Source of the DNA: Octopus bimaculoides
Lineage: Eukaryota
Assembly (NCBI RefSeq): GCF_001194135.2
Contig: NC_068984.1
Coordinates: 122,159,435 to 122,223,434 of the forward strand
Direction: 5' to 3'
DNA length: 64,000 nt
The translations under genes and the position numbers were made by a program. Below, one piece after another: positions 26,406-37,217 of the stretch; the first letter of the stretch is position 1, and each line of letters begins with the position of its first letter. The notes beneath the pieces were generated by a model that made no database searches, was not told where the DNA came from, and saw only the letters and a program-made list of their open reading frames with translations.

Positions 26406-26441
<36 letters not shown>

Positions 26442-27269
26442 GGCACTCCACCGGTTACGATGATGAGGGTTCCAGTTGATCCAATCAACGGAACAACCTG
26501 CCTATGGAAATTAATGTGTAAGTGGTTGAGCACCCTGCAGATACATGTACCCTTAATGTAGTTCTCAAGGAGATTGAGCATGACACAAAGTGTGACAAGG
26601 CTGGCCCTTTGAAATACAGGTACTACTCATTTTTGCCAGCTGAGTGGACTGGAGCAACATGAAATAGAGTATCTTGCCCAAGGACACAATATGCTCCAGG
26701 GAATCAAACTCATGACCTTACAATTGCGAGCCAAATACCCTACCCACTAAGCCACGCACCTTTACTACACACACATACACACACACACTAATTTACTCTT
26801 AAACACCCACACATGCACATATATAGGCATCCACACACACACTTACATACATACATGTACTGATATACATACATGCATACACATATACAAACAGGCATAT
26901 CAATGAAAGAACACATAAAAAAACTTCCACACAATCAGTGTGCTTGTTCTGTATACTGGCTGAATCTCACAAAAATTAAAGCCAAAAGAAATCCATTTAC
27001 ATGGTTTCAATTAGCTCAGGGCTATAGTAGAAGACACTTGCCTAAGCTGTGACACAGTGGAACTGAAATCAAGCTGCAGGGTTTGGAAATAAATTTTTTG
27101 ACCACACAGCTATGTCTGTGCTTAGAATTATTTCTCTTAGTAAATTCTTACACACAGAAATTTGGAAAAAAATCAGTCATTTAGTGACAACATTCTTTGT
27201 GAGATTTCAGTGGCTTTTGGAGCAATGGAGTACTGAGAAGCTAGATGCTATTATCATGAGATACAACAA

Positions 27270-27450
27270 GAGTAATTGGTTTCTACAAGAGCTGCTGACT
27301 TCTACAGGTGCATCTAGCTTCTACATCAAGTGCAACTGGTTTCTACAAGTGTAATTGGCTTTTACAACAAGTGAAGCTGTATTCTACAGCAAGTGGGACT
27401 GGATTCTACAAGTGCAGCTGGCTTCTGAAACAAATGCAGCTGGCTTCCAC
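27270..27450. repeat. Degenerate minisatellite, unit approx. TTCTACAAGTGCAGCTGGC (19-22 bp)
   Basis: About 8 diverged units. Confidence 0.65.
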
Positions 27451-27895
27451 ATCTGTAGATGTGTTTAAAAAATATTCCATACCCAAGCAGCTAGTGTTTA
27501 AAAATACCAGCAGTCAAATGTAATGTAAAAAGAAGTGAGCTATGACAGTTGAGTTGTTATAGGTTGCGTATTCTGCACATTTGCTGTGTTATGTGACACA
27601 ACCCAATGGTCACATGTTCAGAACTATTTATAATGGCTCCCAGTTCAATGAAGGAGCTTCGTTATGCAGTTGAATAAGATATCTAGTGGTGAAGAACAAC
27701 ACATTTCTTGAATGAATACCTTCCTGTACAATTTCATTACTAGACAAGTAAATAAAAACAAACACAGACAAGAATATATTTCTTACCTCTCTCTAAAATT
27801 ATTTAGAGTTATATACAATTAAATGGATTTTATTTAAGTAATATATTCTCTGGTGTGTTTCATTCAAATACTAATTATCAAATTTACACCATCAG

Positions 27896-27953
<58 letters not shown>

Positions 27954-28271
27954 CATTCTGGATATTGACTGTCATATAAACATGTTACAAATTAATGAAA
28001 GACATTACTCAGTGGCACCATTTGCATGAAAAATCAATTGCCAAGTTAATAACATATTAAAAGCAATGGCCTGCAAAAAGCTAAGTAGAAATAATCATGC
28101 AGTGAGGTAAAAACAATATTAGCTAATGACTAATATTATCTGTAATATTTTCCCTCTTGTCCCAATGTGTTCAAGTATTACACATTCAGCTGTCTTAACT
28201 ATGGAAGGAAATGGAAGACATAATCAAAATATTTAAAATATAACGAAGCAAGTTTGATTGTCATGCTTTAA

Positions 28272-28509
28272 TCCTTAAGCATTACGACAGCTCTGTCAAA
28301 TGAAATGCTTATTTATTCACATTGCTTTGAATCAATTAATTGATTAATCACACATTGCATTATCTCATAGCTTTGAGATTTTGATGATGTGTTTGTTTAT
28401 TTTTAGAATGACATTATAGGGCAGGTGTGAGAGACCTGACCTAGCCAGTTTCAACATAAAACATGTAGAATATTGGGAACAGATATGGCCGGTTACAATT
28501 CTAAAGAGG
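28272..28509 (+). mobile_element. Same piggyBac-like MITE family, older copy
   Basis: Internal sequence matches the reverse complement of 31265-31483. Confidence 0.7.
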
Positions 28510-28748
28510 TAAACAACTGGAATTATAAGACAAAAATCAAAGATAAAATATTTAATATCCTTCAAAACTTTCATGCTTCTCAAAATTCATCGACACAAGT
28601 TCGCCAGTAGGTACAGGTGTGACTGTGTGGTACACATGGTTCCAGGTTCAATCCTACTGTGTGGCACCTGGGGCAAGTGTCTTCTACTATAATCTCAGGC
28701 TGATCAAAGCCTTGTGAGTGGATTTGGTAGACAGAAGCTGAAAGCCCA

Positions 28749-28784
<36 letters not shown>

Positions 28785-29138
28785 GTCCAGCAGTCGCCAT
28801 GATAGATTGCTAGCCACTAAACCTTTTTTATTTCAAATTCAAATTACGACAAACGTAAACAAACAAACGAAGTTTGCTTTTAGAAGCGTTGAGATGTCTT
28901 AGAAAGTTAAAGAAGTGATTGTTTTTTTTAAATCTTCAATTGCAAGATAATGCTAATAATATAGCCTGAACAGGATAAACTACCCCTATTTTGCAGAAAA
29001 AAGTGTAAGTGGTTAGCTGTGGACTCGAACTTACATCTTTTTTATTTTACTCGAAGGAGATATTTGCAAAGTGTTGTATTACTCTTGAATACTGTCCTGA
29101 TGTCATATGGGCATCATATGGGTAAATATCTCGTTTGA

Positions 29139-29504
29139 GTAAAACCATCAATAGAAGAGAATATGACCAAAGACTGCGTGTACTCCATCCCATGCAGCTG
29201 TGGTAGGTTATACAAAGGCAAAACATGCCTTCCCCTCAAAATAGGGGTAGATGAACATTGCAAAGCTGTGACATGAGGAGATATTGATAAATCGGGCATA
29301 GCTGATCATATATAGAAAAATGGAGACAACTTCCCCCTGTGGGATGAAGTTGAAATAATAGACAGCGAACACCACTGGAAAATATGAAAACTAAAAGAAG
29401 CAGCACATATGCTAGGACACAACCTCCTAAGCAGACCGAGTGCAGATATGAATAGTATATGAGAACCGGTATTAAGGAAGGATAGGAAAATATTAGATTT
29501 ATAA
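29139..29504 (+). mobile_element. Penelope-like element (PLE) GIY-YIG endonuclease remnant, 5'-truncated, 4 in-frame stops
   Basis: Frame reads KDCVYSIPCSCGRLYKGKTCLPLKIGVDEH...KSGIADHI*...WDEVEIIDSEHHWKI*KLKEAAHM, the VYxIPCxCGxxYxGxT / EH / R-x-x-K-E pattern of PLE GIY-YIG domains; stops explained by CGA>TGA and TGG>TAG/TGA. Confidence 0.85.
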
Positions 29505-29527
29505 GCCCTAAAATTCACTCTATAGTT

Positions 29528-29778
29528 GCCCACAGGCATATGGCATAGTGGTTAAGAGCACTACTAACCCCAAGATTCCAAGTTCGATTCCAAATAGTGA
29601 CCTTGATAATAATAATAATAACATCAAAAAATACCTTAGGAATGAGAACCCAGGTTCGAAATTTCCCCAAGACACCTGACGAAGGCTGGAGGGTATATCA
29701 GCCGAAACGTTGTGTTAACAACAAACAAGATGAGGACGAATATCCGTCAAATGTAGATAATGTAAATAATGTATTCTG
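29528..29778 (+). mobile_element. tRNA-headed, hammerhead-containing element (copy 1), directly after the PLE ORF
   Basis: A box TGGCATAGTGG, anticodon-like CTACTAA, B box AGTTCGATTCC, (AAT)n linker, hammerhead, AT-rich tail. Confidence 0.8.
29671..29716 (+). ncRNA. Minimal type I hammerhead ribozyme (family 1)
   Basis: Stem I GACAC/GUGUU, core CUGACGA, extra A, stem II GGCUG/CAGCC, GAAA, palindromic stem III ACGU, cleavage triplet GUU. Confidence 0.75.
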
Positions 29779-29950
29779 NNNNNNNNNNNNNNNNNNNNNN
29801 NNNNNNNNNNNNNNNNNNNNNNNNNNNNNNNNNNNNNNNNNNNNNNNNNNNNNNNNNNNNNNNNNNNNNNNNNNNNNNNNNNNNNNNNNNNNNNNNNNNN
29901 NNNNNNNNNNNNNNNNNNNNNNNNNNNNNNNNNNNNNNNNNNNNNNNNNN

Positions 29951-30158
29951 CCAAGGTTCCGAGTTCGATTCACGGCAGCGACCTGATTAATAATAATAAT
30001 AATAATAGTAACATCGATAGGAATGAGAACCCAGGTTCGAAATTTCCCCAAGACACCTGACGAAGGCTGGAGGGTATATCAGCCGAAACGTTGTGTTAAC
30101 AACAAACAAGATGAGGACGAATATCCGTCAAATGTAGATAATGTAAATAATGTATTCT
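29951..30158 (+). mobile_element. Same element, copy 2 (5' end lost in gap)
   Basis: B box GAGTTCGATTC, (AAT)n, then sequence identical to copy 1 from AGGAATGAGAACC to AATGTATTCTG. Confidence 0.75.
30052..30097 (+). ncRNA. Minimal type I hammerhead ribozyme (family 1, identical copy)
   Basis: Identical to 29671-29716. Confidence 0.7.
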
Positions 30159-31213
30159 GGTATTTGTTTTTCATGTGCATAGCATTTCTGACTAATTTTT
30201 CTAGCCAATATATTTCTCAAGATTTAAGGCAGTGAACTGGCAGAATCATGAGCACACTTAGTAAAATGCTTAATAGCATTTCATCCATCTTTACATCTGG
30301 AGTTCAAATTCCACTGAGGTCAACTTATCCTTTCAGGGTCAATAAAATAAGAACCATTTGAAAACTGGAATTGATGTAATTGACATACCCTTCCCTTAAA
30401 ATTGCTGGCTTTGTGCCAAAATTTGAAATATATATTTCTTAAGATAAGGTGATGAACCAGTAGAATCATTTGCATACTGAACAAAATGCTAAGCAGCCTT
30501 TATTCTAGCATTATGTTCTGAATTCAAATCCCACTATAATTGACTGACCCCACTCCACCTCCCTCAAAACTTCAGTCCCTGTACCTTTATTAGAAAGAAT
30601 ATATATTCTGAAATATGCAAATTTTAATGTCTACTCATCGTCATTATTATACATCTCATCTACTTTAGTGATTCTCTCATCACTCCTTCAGCATGTATAA
30701 TAAAATCTATACTTCATTGTAGTCTACTAAGACTAAAGCATACTCTGGGCTATTTCCTGTATTTGCCAGGATAATTAAAATAATATTAGTCATTGATTAA
30801 TATTTTCTTTTCTTCAATAATTAATTATTTCTAATTAACCTTTTTTTTCTAATGCTCATTGTATGGTAACAATTTGTCATATAAATATCCTTCCTAACAA
30901 AGAAAGAGAATGTGTCTGGTTCTGTACAGTGTGTCTGTACCGAAGCTATATCAGACCCTACTTGACTGAAGTCACAACCGTTAGGTTGTTAGGACTCGTT
31001 TCTTTTAGCTAGCTGTCATAACTGCAAAATTATCTTAGAGCAAAGCTAATTACATCCTTATTATTTAACATCCACTTTTCCATGTGCTTGCATGGGTCAG
31101 ATGGAGTTTATTGGAAATGAATAACACTGCCTGTACGACAGTAACAAACATTTATTTCTATCAAGCAGTGTCAAGACAAGGAAACACAAACACACCCACA
31201 TGCATGCATGCAT

Positions 31214-31252
<39 letters not shown>

Positions 31253-31264
31253 GGGCTTCCTTAA

Positions 31265-31483
31265 CCCTTTAGCATGTAATCTGCTATATCTGACCCAAAT
31301 ATTCGATCTATTTTATGTTAAAACTGACCAGATCCAACCTCTCACACCTACCCTACAATGTCGTTCTAAAAATATGCAGATACACCATTGAAATCTTGAA
31401 GCTACAAAATAAGGCATGGTTGATTTAAAACAATGTAAATGAATAAGCATTATATTTGACAAAGAAACTTGAATGCTGAAGGG
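31265..31483 (-). mobile_element. piggyBac-like MITE (TTAA TSD) inserted in a SINE
   Basis: TTAA|CCCTTTAGCAT ... ATGCTGAAGGG|TTAA; host SINE continues on both sides. Confidence 0.8.
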
Positions 31484-32542
31484 TTAAGTTCGTGTCCCCA
31501 GCCTACCCACAAGACTTTGGTCAGCTCAAGGTGATAGTAAAAGACAGTTTGCCCAAAATGCCATGCAGTGTGACTGACCCTGGAACCATGTGGTTGGGAA
31601 GCAAACTTCTTACCATACAGCCATGATGCACCTGTCATATTTTTACATATTCAAACATATAATCAATCTGTTTTGTGGGGTTTCCTAAATGTATCCTAGT
31701 TTTAGAATATCCATACAATATCTCTACATGTTGTAAGAGTAGCTTTCAATATAGGATGAATGACAATTTCAATTAATAAGGATTCCTTAAAATCCATTTT
31801 TTAATTTTAATTTTAATTTTTTTTTTAAGGAAAAGCATGAAAAACATGAAATCCACCTGATACATAATTTCTCAGCTCCAAAGGTTATGAAAGCAAAAAA
31901 GTCACTTTGAACACACCAGAACTTTGATTCACTGAATTAGACAGCATAAAACAGCTAGCCATTTCTTGCTCCTTATGTTCATAGATTTTTTTTGTTTTGT
32001 TGTTTTGTGTGTGTGTGTGTGTGTGTTGCACCACAACTTATCAGTCATCCTTATCCAACAGAGAGAATCACTGAATAATTAGATTTTTTTTTTAAATCTA
32101 TTGCTTGAGTATATTCTCAGATATTTTAGAAATTATGATACTTTGCAAGTCCAGGTTATTTTTATCAATGGTTACTAAGATTNNNNNNNNNNNNNNNNNN
32201 NNNNNNNNNNNNNNNNNNNNNNNNNNNNNNNNNNNNNNNNNNNNNNNNNNNNNNNNNNNNNNNNNNNNNNNNNNNNNNNNNNNNNNNNNNNNNNNNNNNN
32301 NNNNNNNNNNNNNNNNNNNNNNNNNNNNNNNNNNNNNNNNNNNNNNNNNNNNNNNNNNNNNNNNNNNNNNNNNNNNNNNNNNNNNNNNNNNNNNNNNNNN
32401 NNNNNNNNNNNNNNNNNNNNNNNNNNNNNNNNNNNNNNNNNNNNNNNNNNNTACATATACATTCACAAAACAATTTCTTTCAGATTTTGGAGAATATAAT
32501 AGTTAATTGCAGAAAATACAATTAAATAGAGACAACATATAC

Positions 32543-32585
<43 letters not shown>

Positions 32586-32586
32586 C

Positions 32587-32622
32587 CTTTCTGTGGAAGA
32601 GCGTAGGCTCGAAACGTTAAAG
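32587..32622 (+). ncRNA. Hammerhead-like motif family 2 (core variant CUGUGGA)
   Basis: Stem I CUUU/AAAG, CUGUGGA, extra A, stem II GAGC-GUAG-GCUC, GAAA, ACGU palindrome, GUU; lies in a ~140-bp repeat (32585-32715) flanked by (TA)n. Confidence 0.55.
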
Positions 32623-33040
32623 ACTTTTGCACTTCCCGAGCGTTAAACTAATACATCTGCTTGTTGTCTACACCACCTGTCTTCATCTTTTTTTTTTTTT
32701 TTAATTCTCCCAATATATATAGGTATGTATGTATGTATGTATGTAGGTAAAATAACTAACTGTGTAAACTAAAGCTAAATATATTGACTTATTGATAATC
32801 AAATACTGACCACACATGTAGATACACAAGTTGAACAAATATATATTCAAATACTAGCCACATATGTTGAAGGCAAACTTTTATTCATTAACGGTTTGGA
32901 TAAGTTCAAGTCAAATATATTTTCCAATTCTATAAATGAATGACCTGCCTATTCACTTTGGTGTAAAGGTTATCACAACCATCTAGATTTTGGCAGTTGC
33001 ATGATCTGAGTTCTATTGGTGGGTCTGTAAACATTTTCAG

Positions 33041-33245
33041 CCCTTTAGCATTCAGATTTCTCTACTTTATTCACATTGATTTGAATCAGTCATGCATTAC
33101 CTTGTGGCTTTGAGATTTCAATGACATGATTGTTTAATTTTAGAATAATATTTTAGGATAAGTGTGACTGGCCAAATCAGGACAGTACGAAGATAAACAA
33201 AGTAGAATATTTTGGTCAGATATGGCTGGATTAAATGCTAAAGAG
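33041..33245 (+). mobile_element. Same piggyBac-like MITE family
   Basis: CCCTTTAGCATTCAGAT ... AATGCTAAAGAG|TTAA. Confidence 0.7.
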
Positions 33246-34713
33246 TTAAGGCAGTGAATTGATCGAGTTGTTGGAGCATTGGTATTCATTCCAGCTTTCT
33301 GCACTTTGAGTTCAAATACTGCTACAGTTAACTTTGTCTTTCATGAGTTCAAATATTGCTGAGATCAGCTTTGTCTTTCATTCTTTTGGTTGAGGGCTTG
33401 ATAAATAGAGTGCCAGTCCTCTACTGGTATCAGTTCTCCTCTCTCTCTCATTGTTGATGAAATCAGTTGCAATCAGACCTGAAGAGGGATGAACTCTGCT
33501 GCATCTTAAAATTGTCAATCACATACCATGTCATGGTGCCCCTGTGACATAATACAAGGAAATGATAGGAGATCTACATATTCAATGTAGCCCAACTTGA
33601 TTATTTTATTCGACTGAGTTAAAATCCTAATGATGATTTTTCAAACCATGTCCCCAAATGGTGTAGGTTTTACTGAAAAATAAACCAAGAAACTAACAAA
33701 ATTTTATGTCTGATTAAGATATAAGTATAAAAATGATTAAAACCAAGTGCAATTAAGACCCAGAAATGTAGCGAAATGACTACAGTGAACATAGCACAAA
33801 AGATCTGGCATATACTCGATATTTTCTGTGAACATAATTTCGCAATGACATACGACATGAAGTGAGGTGTTTGATGACTCAGATACACTAAATCTTTTAA
33901 CGCAGCTGTCAGTTCTGGGCAGTCTGAACTGAAGAATATGGACTACTGCGATGGTTTTAGATAGCAGATAAATTATACTATTAAGGTGACCTAAATGCTG
34001 CTTATAGTGGAAACAGTAACTGGTCAAGAGTTTGAAGTAGGTGAAAGTAATTAACAGAATCGTCGACTTTATTGGCCACAAAGATGAAATTCATTAACAG
34101 TAAAGATGGAGGTTTATGTACGCGTGTATCACGAAAATGAGTTGTATCACAATATCACATTAGCAGATCAAATGGCAAAATCTGTACTTAATTGTTAGAA
34201 AGGAATGTGGACAACGTAATCTTCTGAATGTATAGTGATCTGGGATAGAAGTGAGTTGAAAGAGTAGGAAAATATTAAGGGTTATGTCATCAGAGAGAGA
34301 GTGTGTGTGTCAGACGGAGAGAGATGGTGATAATGGTAATGATGATAATTGCTTTCAACATAAACTTGGATGAAAAAGTTCATGCATGTTTATCGTAGAG
34401 AGAGAGAGAAGGAGACAGATGCTCACGGCTGCAAATCTGACCTAGGGCTAAACAAAAGTAACATCGTAAAATGTATGGAAACGAAAAGATATCAGCATTA
34501 TTGGCATACACTTACCCTGTAGTGCATTTCAGTCACAAACTCACAGATCAGTTATCGTATGTGTATATGTACGAGCAATAGGTTGCGAAGACAAAATCTT
34601 TTCAAATATTTGATAGAAATAGAAAATGTTCGTGGATATACTATGTCGTACAATAAGCCATTGATATAGGAGCTAAGTTACAATTATTTTCAACAAAAAC
34701 TGAACAATATGTC

Positions 34714-34924
34714 GGTACTACTAAAGCAGCGCGGACCCGAACACGCAGTCGCGCGTCCGCGCTAGCTAGTCGTGAGTGGTCGATCCTAACCCTAACCCTA
34801 TTCCTAACCCTAAACACGTATTCATTTGCACACGCGGGTTAGGAATAGGGTTAGGGTTAGGATCGACGACTCAAGACTAGCTAGCGTGACTGCGCGTTCG
34901 GGTTCGCGCTGCTTTAGTAGTACC
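34714..34924. mobile_element. Foldback MITE, Mutator-like (9-bp TSD), with internal TTAGGG repeats
   Basis: GGTACTACTAAAGCAGCGCG...CGCGCTGCTTTAGTAGTACC; TSD CAATATGTC at 34705-34713 and 34925-34933. Confidence 0.85.
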
Positions 34925-36878
34925 CAATATGTCTTTAAGAAAAGTATCAAAATTTCATTGAATTCTTTAAGAATACTTTTTTTAATATTTACGGGAAAAG
35001 GGAAGAAGCTGCAAATGAATACTGATTTGCCAAAACAGGTCACCATGACGAAAGGGACACGCTTGACTATATGTATAAATATAAATTAGTATACGCAATT
35101 AGTTTCCAGTTGTGATTTATAAAGTTAGCAATGAGGTCTTATTAACTTAACAAGGGATCCTCTATGTGTTCGTTCGACCAGCTAGAAATAACCTCAAATT
35201 CCCCTCAGATCACACCCTACCATCTTAAAACATGACACATTGACTAATGTCGTGTCAGATGCAGTTACTATGTCCGACAAAATAGTTAAGAGGCTTGGTC
35301 ATTGAGCTAATTGATTAAGGTCTGCTTTGAGTTAAATAACACCCTTGTGTGTGACTTGTAGTTGTTTGCTATTGAGATAAAAGTTTTTAAAAAAGGGGTT
35401 ACGTTTATCAATTTGTGTTGCAAGCACTACAGAGTGCTCAAGTACACTACAAAGTGATAGTGTGTGTTACAAAGTGCTTCGGCGTAGTACAAGTGCATAG
35501 GTGCACTACTAAAACGAAAGGAGACATTTTTTTATTCTCGTGAAAATATAAAACAATTACACTCGTCTGTGTTATAAAAAACAAAATGTTTTAAATAACT
35601 AACTAGTTTTAGTTCTAAATCAGATCATTAATTCACTTATATCTAAGCGCATTTACTAAAATTATCAAAATGTCCGGGACGATGAAATTGAAATGCAAAT
35701 TTTATGGATGAGCAACCTTTAAGTACGTAAGTTACCTAACAAGATGAGAGAGATTAAGAAAGCAAGACTAATGTTGTATCCAGCTTCAGCTAATGTTAAT
35801 AGTCACTAACGACAATTATTATTACAAGTTATTACAACAGCATTATAATTAATCAAAATCACCTTCTAGCCACGTCCATTATAAACCAAGTTTGTAATAT
35901 GTCAACGATGTGTTTGCTTTTAATTTTGATCCTGCAGCTTCTATATATAACCCGTGGAAAGTTTCATTTAAAAATAGGAGAGAAAATATGCAGAAAAATA
36001 TTTCTAGAGTTGTATTTAGAGACGACGTTGAGCCGAAATATAGACTTATTTCATTATCTCACTAGGTTAGATTAACGGCTCAAAAGATCGTTTTTTAATG
36101 TGTACTCATCATGAAATAGGATATATTTATGGAAATGGAAGTAGATATATTAAATCAGAGAGTACTACGGAAAAAAATGTAAGAGGAAGAAATATGTAGA
36201 GAAATAAAATTAATAGTTGAAAAAAAAAGTGTGAAAATATTGGTTCATTTTCAACTAATGAAATAATTAATTGAAAGAAACTGGAATAAGAATGTGGGCT
36301 GTCTTAAACACTGTAAATGGTTTTAAACATTTATTTGTTATTTTAAAAATACAGCTGTTCCTCTTCTCGACCCTGATATAGTTTTAAAAAGGAAATCAAG
36401 TTACAAGCTGAGCGAAGATGGGGGAACAGAACAGAAAAGAAAGAAGGTGAAGCTTGCATTGAGTATAAAAAAATGTTTTAAAGGCAAGGTTAAGTGCTAG
36501 GGACGATTATTTGGAGAAAGTTTGTGCTAATGGTAGTGGCGACGAGGCTGGGGTAATAATAGGGTAAAGACATGAGAGGTTAAATAAATAATGTATGCAG
36601 GGATAGGAGGGAAGTGGATGATGGCAGTTGTAAAGGGGAGAATGATGAAGTGACATGCCAGCGATGAATGAAAAGTAGAACTGAAGCTATGAAGGGGTGA
36701 GAAATTATCTAGTTTACTGCTGTTTAAGAACCTCAGATATATTGACAGTTCGCTAGTTTAAATCATGTTCCAGTACACATTTATACACGATGGATTCCCC
36801 GTCGGTTTCGACAATGAACATTCAGCTAAACAAGAACATCTGAAACTGACAAATATTAGGTTATGTCTAAAATATTAA

Positions 36879-37217
36879 GGATCTAGTTCAAAACGGGGGC
36901 ACCAGTTTTCATTTATGTTTTTTATGTAGTGTTTTTGGTACCGAAAGACTTTCAAACTTCGTATACTTATCTATTTTGTGTTATAGAACAGAAAAAAAAT
37001 TTTTGTATTCGAATTTATTTCATGACTGAATGGACGTCAGTCATTGGTTGAAATTACAGAAATACGACAACTTTAACATGAAATAACTTGCGATGTACGT
37101 TTTTTTGTTAAGAAGACTAAGAGAAAAAGATGTTTTATATGACACATTCTACCAGTGTCCCAAGTTTCAAAGTGTTTCGTTAAGAAAATACTGGTGCCCC
37201 CGTTTTGAACTAGATCC
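36879..37217. mobile_element. MITE with ~28-bp TIRs and 8-bp TSD
   Basis: GGATCTAGTTCAAAACGGGGGCACCAGT / ACTGGTGCCCCCGTTTTGAACTAGATCC; TSD AATATTAA both sides. Confidence 0.85.

Noticed and set aside
29528-29610. tRNA gene (also the heads of SINE families A-C)
   Set aside because: A/B boxes present but no complete cloverleaf or acceptor stem; embedded in repeats
33737-34081. 114-aa minus-strand ORF
   Set aside because: No recognisable motif or splice context
34785-34862. Interstitial telomere or chromosome fusion site
   Set aside because: Only a few repeats, inside a TSD-flanked MITE
36340-36385. ACAGCTGT motif resembling hammerhead family 3
   Set aside because: No CUGANGA core or stem II upstream on the minus strand
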